A stretch of DNA of 64,000 nt from Nitrospirota bacterium (GCA_040758355.1 JBFLWF010000003.1:32001-96000); one strand, 5' to 3'. Counted from the first letter of the stretch, positions 37,149-47,077 are shown. Numbers and translations: made by a program. The notes: generated by a model from the sequence alone, not told the origin.

Positions 37149-38177
37149 ATGTCAGACAACATATCATCGCAGATTTATAAAAGGTTTATCTGGGCCGGAG
37201 TGTCCCTGATATCCGTTTTAGTCATCGGAACAACAGGCTACTGGGTTATCGGAAAAGGACAGTATGCCGTCCTTGATTGTCTTTACATGACCGTAATTAC
37301 CATTGCAACAATCGGATACGGCGAAATAATAGACATGTCAGGCAACCCGGGCGGAAGGGTATTTACGATGTTTGTAGCCCTTTTCGGCATAGGAACACTG
37401 ACATATATTCTCTCAAACTTTACTGCATTCGTTGTGGAAGGAGAACTTAACGAAACATTTCGGAGGAGGAAGATGGAAAAGGTAATTAAAAAATTCAAGG
37501 AACATTACATAGTATGCGGCATCGAGGGCGTAGGATTTCATATCGTAAGCGAACTCTCTGAAACAGGAAGGCCCCATGTAATAGTTGATATAGACAGGAA
37601 AAAGATAGAAAAGATTCTCGAAACCTTCCATGAGAGGGTTTACATAGAAGGTGATGCCACAGACAGCGATACTTTATTGAAGGCGGGAATCATGGAGGCC
37701 AGTGGATTATTTGCGGTATCAGGCGATGACAACCAGAACCTCGTCATAAGCCTGACCGCGAAACAATTAAACCCCAACATAAGGGTGGTTGCAAGATGCC
37801 ATGACCTGAAGAATATGGAAAAGATGAAAAAGGCAGGCGCGGATGCAGTGGTGTCTCCTACATTCATAGGCGGTCTCAGGATGGCATCCGAGATGGTAAG
37901 ACCAACGGTTGTCTCATTTTTAGATATAATGCTCCGTGATAAGGAGAAAAACCTGAGAGTGGAAGAAATTCCGGTGCCCGAACCATTTGTCGGAAAGGCC
38001 GTTGCTGATTTACAGTTAAAGAGATATCCGAACATGCTTCTGCTGGCTGTCAGGACAAAAGACGATTGGATTTTTAATCCGCCGGATGATTATGTTATAA
38101 AACCCGAAAATGCATTGATCTTTATGTCCACACCACAGGAAAGGCAGGAGATGGAGAGGGTTTTTTCGACCACATAA
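37149..38177 (+). CDS. Potassium channel with TrkA-N/TrkA-C (RCK) domains
   Basis: TIATIGYGE selectivity filter, HYIVCG, GDAT, RCK-C. Confidence 0.92.
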   Translation: MSDNISSQIYKRFIWAGVSLISVLVIGTTGYWVIGKGQYAVLDCLYMTVITIATIGYGEIIDMSGNPGGRVFTMFVALFGIGTLTYILSNFTAFVVEGELNETFRRRKMEKVIKKFKEHYIVCGIEGVGFHIVSELSETGRPHVIVDIDRKKIEKILETFHERVYIEGDATDSDTLLKAGIMEASGLFAVSGDDNQNLVISLTAKQLNPNIRVVARCHDLKNMEKMKKAGADAVVSPTFIGGLRMASEMVRPTVVSFLDIMLRDKEKNLRVEEIPVPEPFVGKAVADLQLKRYPNMLLLAVRTKDDWIFNPPDDYVIKPENALIFMSTPQERQEMERVFSTT

Positions 38178-38183
38178 GCGCGC

Positions 38184-39029
38184 ATGGGATATTACGAATT
38201 CAAAATCGGCATATCGGATGAATCAAAGGATGCATTAATCGAGTATCTATCCGGCAAGGGATGTCTCGGGATTATTGAAGGCAACAGCAATATTACCGCT
38301 TATTTTCCGGACATTCTTGGCATTGATAAAATAACGGATTTCATGCAATCAGCAAGGCATTTACTCGGAAATTCAGGCCTTAATGACGAATTGTCCTTTG
38401 ACCATGTCTTCATCGGTGAGAGGGATTGGAATGAGTCATGGAAAAAGAAATTCAAGCCTATCGATGTTGGAGAAAACCTCACCATACTCCCTCCGTGGGA
38501 AGAAAATAATAATGGCAGGATAAATTTGATCATTGACCCTGGCATGGCCTTTGGCACCGGGCATCACGAGACAACAAAGACATGCCTGATGCTCATAGAA
38601 AAATTCTCTAAAGAAAAAACCGAAAAGAACAGGTTTCTCGATTTCGGTACAGGCACCGGAATACTTTCCATTGCGGCATTGAAGCTCGGTTTTAAACATG
38701 CGGTCTGCGTAGATATAGACCCGCTCGCAATCGATGCAGCACAAAGAAATGCGGAACTCAATGGCCTTTGGGATATCGAAATAAAAGAAGGCAGCATCGC
38801 TATGGTGGATGGAAAGTTCGATTTTATAGCCGCCAATTTGATGTCGGAAATACTGATCCAGAATGCCCATGAAATATCATCACGCCTGAATAAATCAGGA
38901 ATCGCCCTTCTTTCAGGAATAATTGTGGGACAGGAAAATGATGTCATTGCAGCAATGGAAAACAAAGGACTCCATGTATTAGAGAAATTTTATGACGGCA
39001 GATGGGTAACGATTCTTCTCACACATTAA
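38184..39029 (+). CDS. prmA: Ribosomal protein L11 methyltransferase
   Basis: DWNESWK, IDPGMAFGTGHHETT, LDFGTGTGILSI. Confidence 0.95.
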   Translation: MGYYEFKIGISDESKDALIEYLSGKGCLGIIEGNSNITAYFPDILGIDKITDFMQSARHLLGNSGLNDELSFDHVFIGERDWNESWKKKFKPIDVGENLTILPPWEENNNGRINLIIDPGMAFGTGHHETTKTCLMLIEKFSKEKTEKNRFLDFGTGTGILSIAALKLGFKHAVCVDIDPLAIDAAQRNAELNGLWDIEIKEGSIAMVDGKFDFIAANLMSEILIQNAHEISSRLNKSGIALLSGIIVGQENDVIAAMENKGLHVLEKFYDGRWVTILLTH

Positions 39030-40116
39030 ACCTGAAATTGATTATATCGCCGTCTTTTACTCCGTAAGTCTTTCCTTCAAGCCTCAATAGCCCCTTATCC
39101 CTTGCAGCAGACATGCTTCCCGATGAAATGAATTCATTATAGCCCACAACTTCTGCCCTGATAAACCCTCTCTCTATATCGGAGTGTATCTTTCCTGCGG
39201 CTTGCTGTGCGTTTATGCCTCTTTTAATTGTCCATGCCCTTACCTCGTCTTCTCCACAGGTGAGAAAGGAAATAAAACCGAGGAGGTCATAACTCACATG
39301 TATCAATTTGTTAAGGGCAGGCTCCTGTATTCCGAGGTCGTCGAGAAATGCCCTCGCCTCATCGGGATTTAATTGTGCAATTTCCATCTCTATCTTCCCG
39401 CAGAGTGTTACGACCTTTGTTGTTTCCGAAATACCTTTGTCTGCAAAGTATTTTTCGGCGTCCTTCTGGAGGTTTAATGCCTTATCGGTATTTAAGTCTC
39501 CTTCTCCTATATTCAGAACAACCACTTCAGGCTTTGTGGAGACAAACTGGAGGTGCTTCATGGCCTTCTGTTCCTCATCGTCAAAACTTACATTCCTGAG
39601 AGGAACTTCTTTTTCAAGGGCATCCTTACATTTAAGGAGCAGCTTTTTCTCTGCCTCATTGGGTTTTTTCCCTTTCTTTGCGCCCTCCTCCATTCTCGCA
39701 AGTCTTTTTTCGACAAGCTCTATATCTCCAAATATCAGCTCAAGCTCCAATGTCTCGATATCCCTCAGCGGATTAATCTCATTCATGGGATGCGAGACCG
39801 CATCGTCCTCAAATGCCCTTACTACATGGACGATGGCATCGGCATCCTTTATGAGATCGAAAACCTTTCTGTTCTGAGCAACGTCCCCCTTCGTAAGCCC
39901 TATGTAATCTATGTATTCAACCGTCGCATAAGTAATCTTTTTGGGTTTATATATTTCAGCAAGTTTATCGATCCTGCAGTCCGGAACCTTTACGACGCCG
40001 TAGTTAGGCTCTCCGCTCACTGTGGGATAAACTGTAGTTTCGAGGTTCTGTCCTGTAAGGGCATTAAAGACAGTGGTTTTGCCTGAATTGGAAAGTCCGA
40101 TGATGGCTAATTTCAC
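39019..40116 (-). CDS. ychF: Redox-regulated ATPase YchF
   Basis: GLSNSGKTT, EVRAWTI, AAGKIHSDIERGFIRAE, DGDIINFRFNV. Confidence 0.95.
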   Translation of the reverse strand: MKLAIIGLSNSGKTTVFNALTGQNLETTVYPTVSGEPNYGVVKVPDCRIDKLAEIYKPKKITYATVEYIDYIGLTKGDVAQNRKVFDLIKDADAIVHVVRAFEDDAVSHPMNEINPLRDIETLELELIFGDIELVEKRLARMEEGAKKGKKPNEAEKKLLLKCKDALEKEVPLRNVSFDDEEQKAMKHLQFVSTKPEVVVLNIGEGDLNTDKALNLQKDAEKYFADKGISETTKVVTLCGKIEMEIAQLNPDEARAFLDDLGIQEPALNKLIHVSYDLLGFISFLTCGEDEVRAWTIKRGINAQQAAGKIHSDIERGFIRAEVVGYNEFISSGSMSAARDKGLLRLEGKTYGVKDGDIINFRFNV

Positions 40117-40127
40117 ATATCCTCCAA

Positions 40128-40210
40128 AAGTTAAGTCATTAAGTTATTGGGTAATTAAGTTAGTATAAGCAAAACACGGTAAATTAATAACTTAATTACT
40201 TAATAACTTA
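40128..40210. repeat. Octamer tandem arrays, inverted
   Basis: AAGTTAAGTCATTAAGTTATTGGGTAATTAAGTTAG...TAATAACTTAATTACTTAATAACTTA. Confidence 0.75.
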
Positions 40211-40481
40211 TTTTGAATCTTTTCTCGCGGGCAAAGTTTTTTATTACCATCAAGGCTGAATAAAGCCTCTGGAGTCTTATGTTCCTTTTCCTTATTAAAC
40301 AGATATCGTCATAAGGGAAAGGCTCTGACCTGATCTCGATCTGTTTGCGCTCTATGGCCCTGCAGAGGGTTTTAAGAGCATTTTCATCAAAGGGTTTCAA
40401 ATAAATGGGATTTACAGCAACAAACCCCTCTGATATATCCGAAACTATGGCCCTGAAATTCCTTTTAGTCTGCTCTGCCAT
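40200..40481 (-). CDS. Hypothetical protein
   Basis: 93-aa ORF co-oriented between tatC and ychF, with no recognisable motif. Confidence 0.6.
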   Translation of the reverse strand: MAEQTKRNFRAIVSDISEGFVAVNPIYLKPFDENALKTLCRAIERKQIEIRSEPFPYDDICLIRKRNIRLQRLYSALMVIKNFAREKRFKISY

Positions 40482-40496
40482 TTGCCTGTATCCGAA

Positions 40497-41288
40497 TCAA
40501 TCGCCTTCTGTTTTTGCCTCTTTTTTCACAAACAACGGCGAGATCCATATGCCTATTTCATAAAGCAGTATAATTGGCAAGGCCATCAATATCTGGTTGA
40601 ATGCGTCGGGTGTAGGCGTCAAGAATGCAGCGAGCACAAATGCTATCAATACTGCATATTTCCTGTTTTTAGCAAGGGTCTTGGGAGTAACAATTCCCAT
40701 CTTTGTAAGAAAGATAATAATTATGGGAAGTTCGAATACCGCACCGAATGAGAGGATGAACTTGAGGCAGAAATCCACATACTGCCCCACAGAAAGCATG
40801 GGCATTAAAAAATCACCGACCTTGTAAGTGAGAAGGAATCCCATGGCAAGGGGAAGGACTATGAAAAAACAGAATGCAGCTCCAAAGAGAAAAAGACCTG
40901 TTGCCGAAAAGATAAATGGAATCACATATCTTCTCTCCTTGGGAAGGAGCCCTGGAGAAATAAATTTCCACAACTGGTGAAACATTACAGGCAGGGATAA
41001 CATCAGGCCCGCAACAAAGGAGACCTTGAGGTTCATCCAGAATGCCTCGGCAGGCGCAAGGAATACGAGCTTTGTGTTCTGGAGCTTGTCCTGTGGGACA
41101 AAGTGTACATACATATTCTTCACCGAGAAGTCCAGATTGTATCTCAGGGGAAACATTATAAATTTAAAAATCTCTTCGGAATAGTTGAAAGCCACCATAA
41201 AAGTAGCAAGGAGGGCCACTAAAGAAATGGTAATTCTTTTTCTGAGTTCGCCGAGGTGTTCTGTGAGGGGCATTTTTTCATCTTCCAT
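40497..41288 (-). CDS. tatC: Twin-arginine translocase subunit TatC
   Basis: MPLTEHLGELRKR, QLWKFISPGL, FELP, AAFLTPTPDAF. Confidence 0.96.
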   Translation of the reverse strand: MEDEKMPLTEHLGELRKRITISLVALLATFMVAFNYSEEIFKFIMFPLRYNLDFSVKNMYVHFVPQDKLQNTKLVFLAPAEAFWMNLKVSFVAGLMLSLPVMFHQLWKFISPGLLPKERRYVIPFIFSATGLFLFGAAFCFFIVLPLAMGFLLTYKVGDFLMPMLSVGQYVDFCLKFILSFGAVFELPIIIIFLTKMGIVTPKTLAKNRKYAVLIAFVLAAFLTPTPDAFNQILMALPIILLYEIGIWISPLFVKKEAKTEGD

Positions 41289-41567
41289 TTACCCTACCCC
41301 TTCAGCCTTTTTCTCGGTTTCTGCCGCATCTGTTTTTTCATTTTCTGTTTTTTGTTCTGACTTATAAACATCTGCCTCTAACGATATAGGCTGTTTTATA
41401 TCGTGAAGCTCTGCATCCATCTGTTCCTTAACGCCATGCATTGCCCTTTTGAGCTCGGCAATCCCCTTTCCGAGGGTTCTGCCAAGTTCCGGCAATTTCT
41501 TGGGGCCAAAGACAAGAAGGGCAACAATGAAAATTACTATAAGTTCCTGTATGCCTAAATCAAACAT
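41289..41567 (-). CDS. tatB: Twin-arginine translocase TatB/TatA-family subunit
   Basis: MFDLGIQELIVIFIVALLVFGPKKLPELGRTLGKG, directly before tatC. Confidence 0.8.
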   Translation of the reverse strand: MFDLGIQELIVIFIVALLVFGPKKLPELGRTLGKGIAELKRAMHGVKEQMDAELHDIKQPISLEADVYKSEQKTENEKTDAAETEKKAEGVG

Positions 41568-41588
41568 GGCATTTTATTATAGCATAAA

Positions 41589-42398
41589 CTACTCTTCGTA
41601 TATTCTCTGGATTCTTTTCTTTTCCGGAGGCAGGATTACACTTACAGAAAACATTAGCCTGTAGTCGGGGGTTCTGTTTTTTATATCGAAACCAACTCCG
41701 ATAGTAGTATATAAATATTCGGTGGTTGCAATTCTGTATCCGAGTCTCCATTCCAGCATGTCTATCTTATTTTTAAAATAGTTTTTTCTTCCAACGACCT
41801 CGGCAAGCACCTTTGAGTCGTGTGTTACAGCCAGTTCTGCGCCGAGGTTAACAGAGTACTCATCTTTCAGTCCGTATTTGTCAGGTTTTGAATAAAGGGC
41901 GTTAAAATGACCCTTAAAAGGTCCAACTTTTTTTGTCAGCAACAAGCCTCCTCCAACCCTGCCTTCGGTGGTGAACTCATCCTTGCCGGATGGAGGTGAT
42001 ACTGTTAATACATAAGCAATTGCAGGTTCATATTTACCTTCATCCATTACCCTGTGCTTAATACCAAAGCTCACATCTTCAAAACCATCAACTCTGTTTT
42101 CCCACTCTGTCACATATGGAAGTGTTATGTTCATTTCAAATTTGTCATGGATGCCATATGCGAGATTAAAAACAGTGCGGTAGAAATTAGGGTCATAGGA
42201 TTTTTCAACGCTTAATCCAAACCCTACCTTATTTTGTTTCAGGCTCTCTGCGCTGAATGTGGAAAATACTCCATAAGGAGGGAGGGGTTGCAAACCCTTT
42301 ACATCAAAGGCATGGGCAGAAGTGGAAAGTAGCATTAAACATAGGATCAATAGAGCGATGCTCCAATACTCCGTTTTCTGAGACTTCTGATTTTTCAT
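41589..42398 (-). CDS. Putative outer-membrane beta-barrel protein
   Basis: Signal peptide (..SAHA-F) and alternating amphipathic beta strands. Confidence 0.6.
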   Translation of the reverse strand: MKNQKSQKTEYWSIALLILCLMLLSTSAHAFDVKGLQPLPPYGVFSTFSAESLKQNKVGFGLSVEKSYDPNFYRTVFNLAYGIHDKFEMNITLPYVTEWENRVDGFEDVSFGIKHRVMDEGKYEPAIAYVLTVSPPSGKDEFTTEGRVGGGLLLTKKVGPFKGHFNALYSKPDKYGLKDEYSVNLGAELAVTHDSKVLAEVVGRKNYFKNKIDMLEWRLGYRIATTEYLYTTIGVGFDIKNRTPDYRLMFSVSVILPPEKKRIQRIYEE

Positions 42399-42469
42399 TT
42401 AGATGAGAATAGCAAAAACGCCTCTTTCTGTCAAATAACAATACTCCAAAACTCCATCACTCCATTGCC

Positions 42470-43603
42470 TTATTTCCCAAATGGGCATACAGGGTATCTG
42501 CATTCCTTGCAATTAAGGCAAAGTCCGCCATGTCCAAGTTCTGCAAGCTCATGTCTGCCGATTTTTTCTCCTGCAAGCACCCTCGGAAGGACTAAATCAA
42601 ATATGGTTGTCTTATGATACATGCCGCATGCAGGAATACCTAAAACAGGAATGGGTGAATGGGTGAATGGGTGAATGGGTGAAGTGGCTGTCGCACTAAT
42701 GTATGCCACCAGAAACATTGCACCGGGTAGTACTGCCGAGCCGTATGTGATGTCGGCAGCACCGAGCTTTCTAATGGCAAACCTCGTGACATCGTCAGGG
42801 TCGACAGACATGCCTCCTGTTGTAATAAGCAAATCTGCACCGGCGTCTATGAGCTCTCTGAGCCTTGCCTCTATGAATTCTTCATTATCAGGTGCATAGT
42901 ATATACCAACAATCTCTCCATCAAATGTCTCAATCTTCTTCCTGATTATAGGCGCAAATGCATCCTTTATCCTTCCATAATAAACCTCGTTGCCTGTGAT
43001 GACCACTCCGGCCTTCGGTTTTCTCAATTCTTTAACTTCGATTATTCCACCCTTACGATCTTCTGCACCTCCGTTCTTCCGCGCTTCTTCTCCAATTCCA
43101 ACAGCCTTCTGTGCTATTTCACGCTTCACTACCAGCGGAATTGCCCTTGTGCCTGCAACAATCTGTCCTTTTTTTACTACGGTATTATCGTGCAGTGTTG
43201 CGCACATTACATCACCGAGCATATTGAATTGAGTAAGGGAGTGTTTATTAATTTTCAAAAGCCCATCCCTATCAGCAATTATATTTATCTTGCCCTCCTT
43301 CGGTTCTCCTTCCATCTTCACGCCTTCACCCATTAAGGCATTGGCAAGTGCATATGCGGCGTCGTCTTCGTGCATCTCGTCATCTGCAATATTTAAAACA
43401 AACAGATTTTCTTTTCCGAGTCTCTGGAGATGGCTTATGTCTTCTTCCCTGACAATATGCCCTTTTTTGAATGCCCTGCCTTTAAAGTCATCCTGCTTTA
43501 TCTCGGTAATATCATGGGCCAGAACCATACCCACAGCATCTTCTACCGGGATTGTTTTAACGCCGATCCTATTCTTCGTATCCGAGCCCTGAATGTCACA
43601 CAT
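42470..43603 (-). CDS. Molybdopterin-binding (MoeA/MoCF-biosynth-like) protein
   Basis: AVGMVLAHDITEI, VITGNEV, TGGMSVDPDD, C-terminal HGGLCLNCKECRYPVCPFGK. Confidence 0.88.
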   Translation of the reverse strand: MCDIQGSDTKNRIGVKTIPVEDAVGMVLAHDITEIKQDDFKGRAFKKGHIVREEDISHLQRLGKENLFVLNIADDEMHEDDAAYALANALMGEGVKMEGEPKEGKINIIADRDGLLKINKHSLTQFNMLGDVMCATLHDNTVVKKGQIVAGTRAIPLVVKREIAQKAVGIGEEARKNGGAEDRKGGIIEVKELRKPKAGVVITGNEVYYGRIKDAFAPIIRKKIETFDGEIVGIYYAPDNEEFIEARLRELIDAGADLLITTGGMSVDPDDVTRFAIRKLGAADITYGSAVLPGAMFLVAYISATATSPIHPFTHSPIPVLGIPACGMYHKTTIFDLVLPRVLAGEKIGRHELAELGHGGLCLNCKECRYPVCPFGK

Positions 43604-43683
43604 ACCATCCTCCCATTTCAAATTCGAAATCCTAATACCTAAATCCTAAACAAACTCAAAACCCTGCTTTTAGAATTTAGAAT

Positions 43684-44028
43684 TTAGTGCTTAGAATTTT
43701 TCCCGAATATGGTTTTAAATTTCTTATCTACAATCTCTTTTATCCCTTCTTCCATGAGTTCGTACTGCCTTAAAAACTTTCTCGCATCCTTTGTAAGATT
43801 GGCCCCGCCTCCGTTTCTGCCTCCCGCCTGCCTCTCAACCAGTTTTATTCCAAGACGATCTTCCATTGCTTTTATATAACTCCATGCCCTTCGGTACGAA
43901 ATGTTTATCTCCTTTGCAGCCTGATTAATAGAGCCGTATTTATCTATAGCCTGAAGCAGAAATCTCCTCCCTCTGCCGAAAACAGGCTCTCCGTCAACTT
44001 CTATCCAGAGCTTTGATTTAATCTCCAT
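43684..44028 (-). CDS. ModE-like winged-helix regulator (DNA-binding domain only)
   Basis: FGRGRRFLLQAIDKYGSINQAAKEINISYRRAW..GGRNGGGA. Start MEIKSK. Confidence 0.9.
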   Translation of the reverse strand: MEIKSKLWIEVDGEPVFGRGRRFLLQAIDKYGSINQAAKEINISYRRAWSYIKAMEDRLGIKLVERQAGGRNGGGANLTKDARKFLRQYELMEEGIKEIVDKKFKTIFGKNSKH

Positions 44029-44055
44029 ATCGCTATGACTTTTTTGCATAACGTT
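44029..44055. promoter_or_regulatory. Putative ModE-type operator
   Basis: ATCGCTATG-N9-CATAACGTT immediately before the ModE-like start codon. Confidence 0.55.
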
Positions 44056-44067
44056 GATAATAAAAAA

Positions 44068-44364
44068 TCATTCCCTGGTGCTCGTAGTAATTGTAATCTT
44101 CTGAAGCCAGAATATTCCTTTTAACGGCGACAGCATGCCCTTAACCGTACTTTCTATCAACTGCCTCGCAAAATCTTTTTTTGAAATATCTATCTCTCCT
44201 TTTTCGGTATAAACGTGAAACTCTTCGGAGTCCACGCATACTGTCACACTATTCGGAGATATGCCGAATGAGTTCGCTATCGCACACAGAATGTTGGCTA
44301 TATAATCTTGCATAAAATCGTTCAGAGGGACTACATAACTATTTACCATAAGACTCGTCTTCAA
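44068..44364 (-). CDS. Hypothetical protein (resembles MobB C-terminal extension)
   Basis: Probable TTG start after GGAGG: LKTSLMVNSYVVPLNDFMQDYI..STVKGMLSPLKG. Confidence 0.55.
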   Translation of the reverse strand: MKTSLMVNSYVVPLNDFMQDYIANILCAIANSFGISPNSVTVCVDSEEFHVYTEKGEIDISKKDFARQLIESTVKGMLSPLKGIFWLQKITITTSTRE

Positions 44365-44959
44365 TGGTGTAATATCCTCCGTCTGCACATGGTTTGCACA
44401 AAATCCTTCCATCCCTGTAAACCTCCCTTATGTCCTGAACATATTCTCCGCAACTGTCGCACCTAATTCTCCTTAACGGTCTGCCGGGCATATCCTCGGG
44501 CTTTATGTCCACTTTCACATCCATTATGTCAAAGAGATCATTATCAGACATTATCTTGTATGCCTCTAACTGAGCTTTATATTTATCCTCAATCTCCGGG
44601 AAGTACTCTTTTGCCTTATCCCTTGCATCTTCTTTTGCAATAACCCTTACAGCACTTCCTGTCTTGAGGTTCACAAAGGTAGCAGCCATCTTGCCGTAAT
44701 CCATGAACTTCATCGTCCTGTGACCAAGGCTACACCCTGTTACAGACTGCACCGCATCTGTTGCGCACCTGTCCATCTCCACAAATACAATCAGGCTCTT
44801 TCTGTCCTTGCCTTTAGGCTCTTCTATTCCAATCTTGGATAATCCGAGAATAGACATCTTGACGCCAAGAACCTGTCCGGGACAGAGATGTCCGTGAATC
44901 TTTACAGATTCTGCAAGGAGTCTTTCGAAGTCCGAATCAATTAATTTTGAGCTGCCCAT
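44339..44959 (-). CDS. FmdE-family protein with C-terminal Zn finger
   Basis: HGHLCPGQVLG, CATDAVQSVTGCSLG, CDSCGE..LCKPCA. Confidence 0.92.
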   Translation of the reverse strand: MGSSKLIDSDFERLLAESVKIHGHLCPGQVLGVKMSILGLSKIGIEEPKGKDRKSLIVFVEMDRCATDAVQSVTGCSLGHRTMKFMDYGKMAATFVNLKTGSAVRVIAKEDARDKAKEYFPEIEDKYKAQLEAYKIMSDNDLFDIMDVKVDIKPEDMPGRPLRRIRCDSCGEYVQDIREVYRDGRILCKPCADGGYYTIEDESYGK

Positions 44960-45306
44960 TCTTCTATTTTTTTGTGGATATCCTTCAATGAAAACGGTTT
45001 TTCAAAGCAGGCATCGATTTTCAATGCCTCCATTTCTTCTTTATTCTCCTTATAAAAAGCCGATACCATAATTATCTTGCCGGCAAAACCTGCGCTCCTG
45101 AGCCTCCTGATTATATCAACCCCGCTGAAGGGTTTCATTTTTAAATCCGTAATTACTACGTCAAACTTATCGAAATTTATCAGAGAAACAGCGGCATTAG
45201 GCGAATTTGTGCCAACCACATCATGTCCCTTTTCGGACAGATACTCCAGTAATGACGTTATAATCAGGGGCTCGTCGTCTATTATGAGTATATTTATTTC
45301 ACCCAC
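44941..45306 (-). CDS. Single-domain response regulator
   Basis: ILIIDDE, VITDLKM, EKPF. Confidence 0.9.
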   Translation of the reverse strand: MGEINILIIDDEPLIITSLLEYLSEKGHDVVGTNSPNAAVSLINFDKFDVVITDLKMKPFSGVDIIRRLRSAGFAGKIIMVSAFYKENKEEMEALKIDACFEKPFSLKDIHKKIEEWAAQN

Positions 45307-45376
45307 CTCCTGAGTTTATTGTTAATAATAACCAATCTAATTGTAAATTTAATATTAAATTTATTCAGCCGCCAAT

Positions 45377-45422
45377 AAAAATGTGGATGGGGCTGGGGAA
45401 CAGGGGGAAGTGCCCCATCCAC
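45377..45422 (-). terminator. Intrinsic terminator of arr operon with large C-rich loop
   Basis: GTGGATGGGGC-ACTTCCCCCTGTTCCCCA-GCCCCATCCAC-ATTTTT. Confidence 0.75.
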
Positions 45423-45431
45423 GAGGGAGAG

Positions 45432-46409
45432 CTAAGCAAATTCAAAAGGATTATGCCCTCTAAAACCCCTTTTAATTAAAATTGCATTATTCATACAAAA
45501 CCCCTCGCACAATCCGCATCCGCTGCATAAAGAGGTATTGAAAGACAATTCCCTGCTATCGCCTGCGGTTTCTATTTTTAACGCGCCTGTAGGACACATG
45601 CCTATGCAAGCAAAGCAGTTGTTGCAGTCTTCGTTTATATCGACGGTATAATAATAATTTTCAAGCAAAGCGGTGTTGTCTCCCTTTTTATAAGATATAA
45701 CCCTGTTCAGCAAATCCCTCTTGATAGGAATTTTTTTTGCTGAATATGACTGTGGCGCCATAACTTCGTCGTTCTCGAAAAACTCGGAGGCATGAAGAAA
45801 TGTCAGATTTTTAATCGCCTTGAAAAATCCCCTGCGGTCGAATGAGATGTCCTGATAATACAACTCTGATCCATCTTCCACAAGGCATATCTTCTCAAAT
45901 ACATTCAAAGAGGTATTTTTAGTAATACTTCCGATTCTTTTCTTCAGGGTATCGACAATGAACCCGTTCCTGCAATCGGCGCATCCCGTAAGATTAATCT
46001 GGAGCCGTCCCTCCAGGAAAACCGAAAGGGCAATAATATGATCTTCCGACAGAAAACCAAAGCAAAGAGTTCTTTCATGTGCCTTTAAATCCGCCCTCGC
46101 ATTGCAGCCGAGTACGGGGGCCGGAACGGAATTGCCAGCTTTTTTTAATCTCGCGATAAGGGAATAAAAATCCGTAGCTTTTGCATCAAAGCATCCCGAA
46201 GGACATACAGATACGCATAACATGCATTCGGAACATGCATCTCTCTTGATGTCAACACCTTCGTCTATTCTGACAGCATTGAACCTGCAATGCTTAATAC
46301 ACTCGCTGCAGGTGCTTTTGTTAAAACGCATCCTCAAACACCTCGATTGGTCTACGGCAATCGCATCTGCTGTGTTCGACATAGTGTCGATTATTTTGCC
46401 CTGCAGCAT
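45432..46409 (-). CDS. Polyferredoxin-like 4Fe-4S protein (arr accessory)
   Basis: Four CxxCxxCxxxC-type motifs at the N- and C-termini, internal RRGFF. Confidence 0.85.
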   Translation of the reverse strand: MLQGKIIDTMSNTADAIAVDQSRCLRMRFNKSTCSECIKHCRFNAVRIDEGVDIKRDACSECMLCVSVCPSGCFDAKATDFYSLIARLKKAGNSVPAPVLGCNARADLKAHERTLCFGFLSEDHIIALSVFLEGRLQINLTGCADCRNGFIVDTLKKRIGSITKNTSLNVFEKICLVEDGSELYYQDISFDRRGFFKAIKNLTFLHASEFFENDEVMAPQSYSAKKIPIKRDLLNRVISYKKGDNTALLENYYYTVDINEDCNNCFACIGMCPTGALKIETAGDSRELSFNTSLCSGCGLCEGFCMNNAILIKRGFRGHNPFEFA

Positions 46410-47077
46410 TAATTTAAAACCCTCTGTGCCTTTTCGCTCATAATTTCATCAGGGATAACAGAGTTCATAATAAAGGCCGAAACACACTCGGCAAGTGCCA
46501 GGTAGAATTCATTGTCAGTGCCATTTTTTATTTTTTCGCAGAAATTATTTATCCATAGGCCGAGAAATGAATTTAGAAATTCCTGCTGCATCTTAATAAA
46601 TTTATGAGCGGTATCAATATCAGATTTTTCCAGTGCCTCTGTCTCTTTAAATACAAGATAATACATAAATTCAAGTTCAACTGCTATATGGTCAGGCAGT
46701 TCCTTAAAATCATCATTTATTGCAAGTCCTGCCTCCCGATAGAGTTCCATTGTCTTAATCGTGGAATCCCCCATAACCTTTCTTTCCTTATCAAGATAAA
46801 TCGAGCCATATGGCGGTGCGATCAGCTCATTTGGTCCTACAAAAAGTTTTGCATAATCAACTAACAGTTCTTCATTTGTATATGTCGCAATTGCTTCTTC
46901 CATCTTTTCTGCAAATACAGAGGCAGAAGAACAGACTCTTTTTAATCCCTCTGCAAGGTTTCTCAGGAGATATTCCTGCACAAAAAGAGATCTATCAGGC
47001 TGATAAAAACATGCAGATAAAAGCCTGTAACAGTCTCCTCTTATTTTTTCATTTAATATCAATTCATCGATGTTCAC
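46409..47077 (-). CDS. arrD: TorD/DmsD-family chaperone (ArrD)
   Basis: YAKLFVGP..APPYGSIY, ELPDHIAVELEFM. GTG start after GAGG. Confidence 0.88.
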   Translation of the reverse strand: MNIDELILNEKIRGDCYRLLSACFYQPDRSLFVQEYLLRNLAEGLKRVCSSASVFAEKMEEAIATYTNEELLVDYAKLFVGPNELIAPPYGSIYLDKERKVMGDSTIKTMELYREAGLAINDDFKELPDHIAVELEFMYYLVFKETEALEKSDIDTAHKFIKMQQEFLNSFLGLWINNFCEKIKNGTDNEFYLALAECVSAFIMNSVIPDEIMSEKAQRVLN

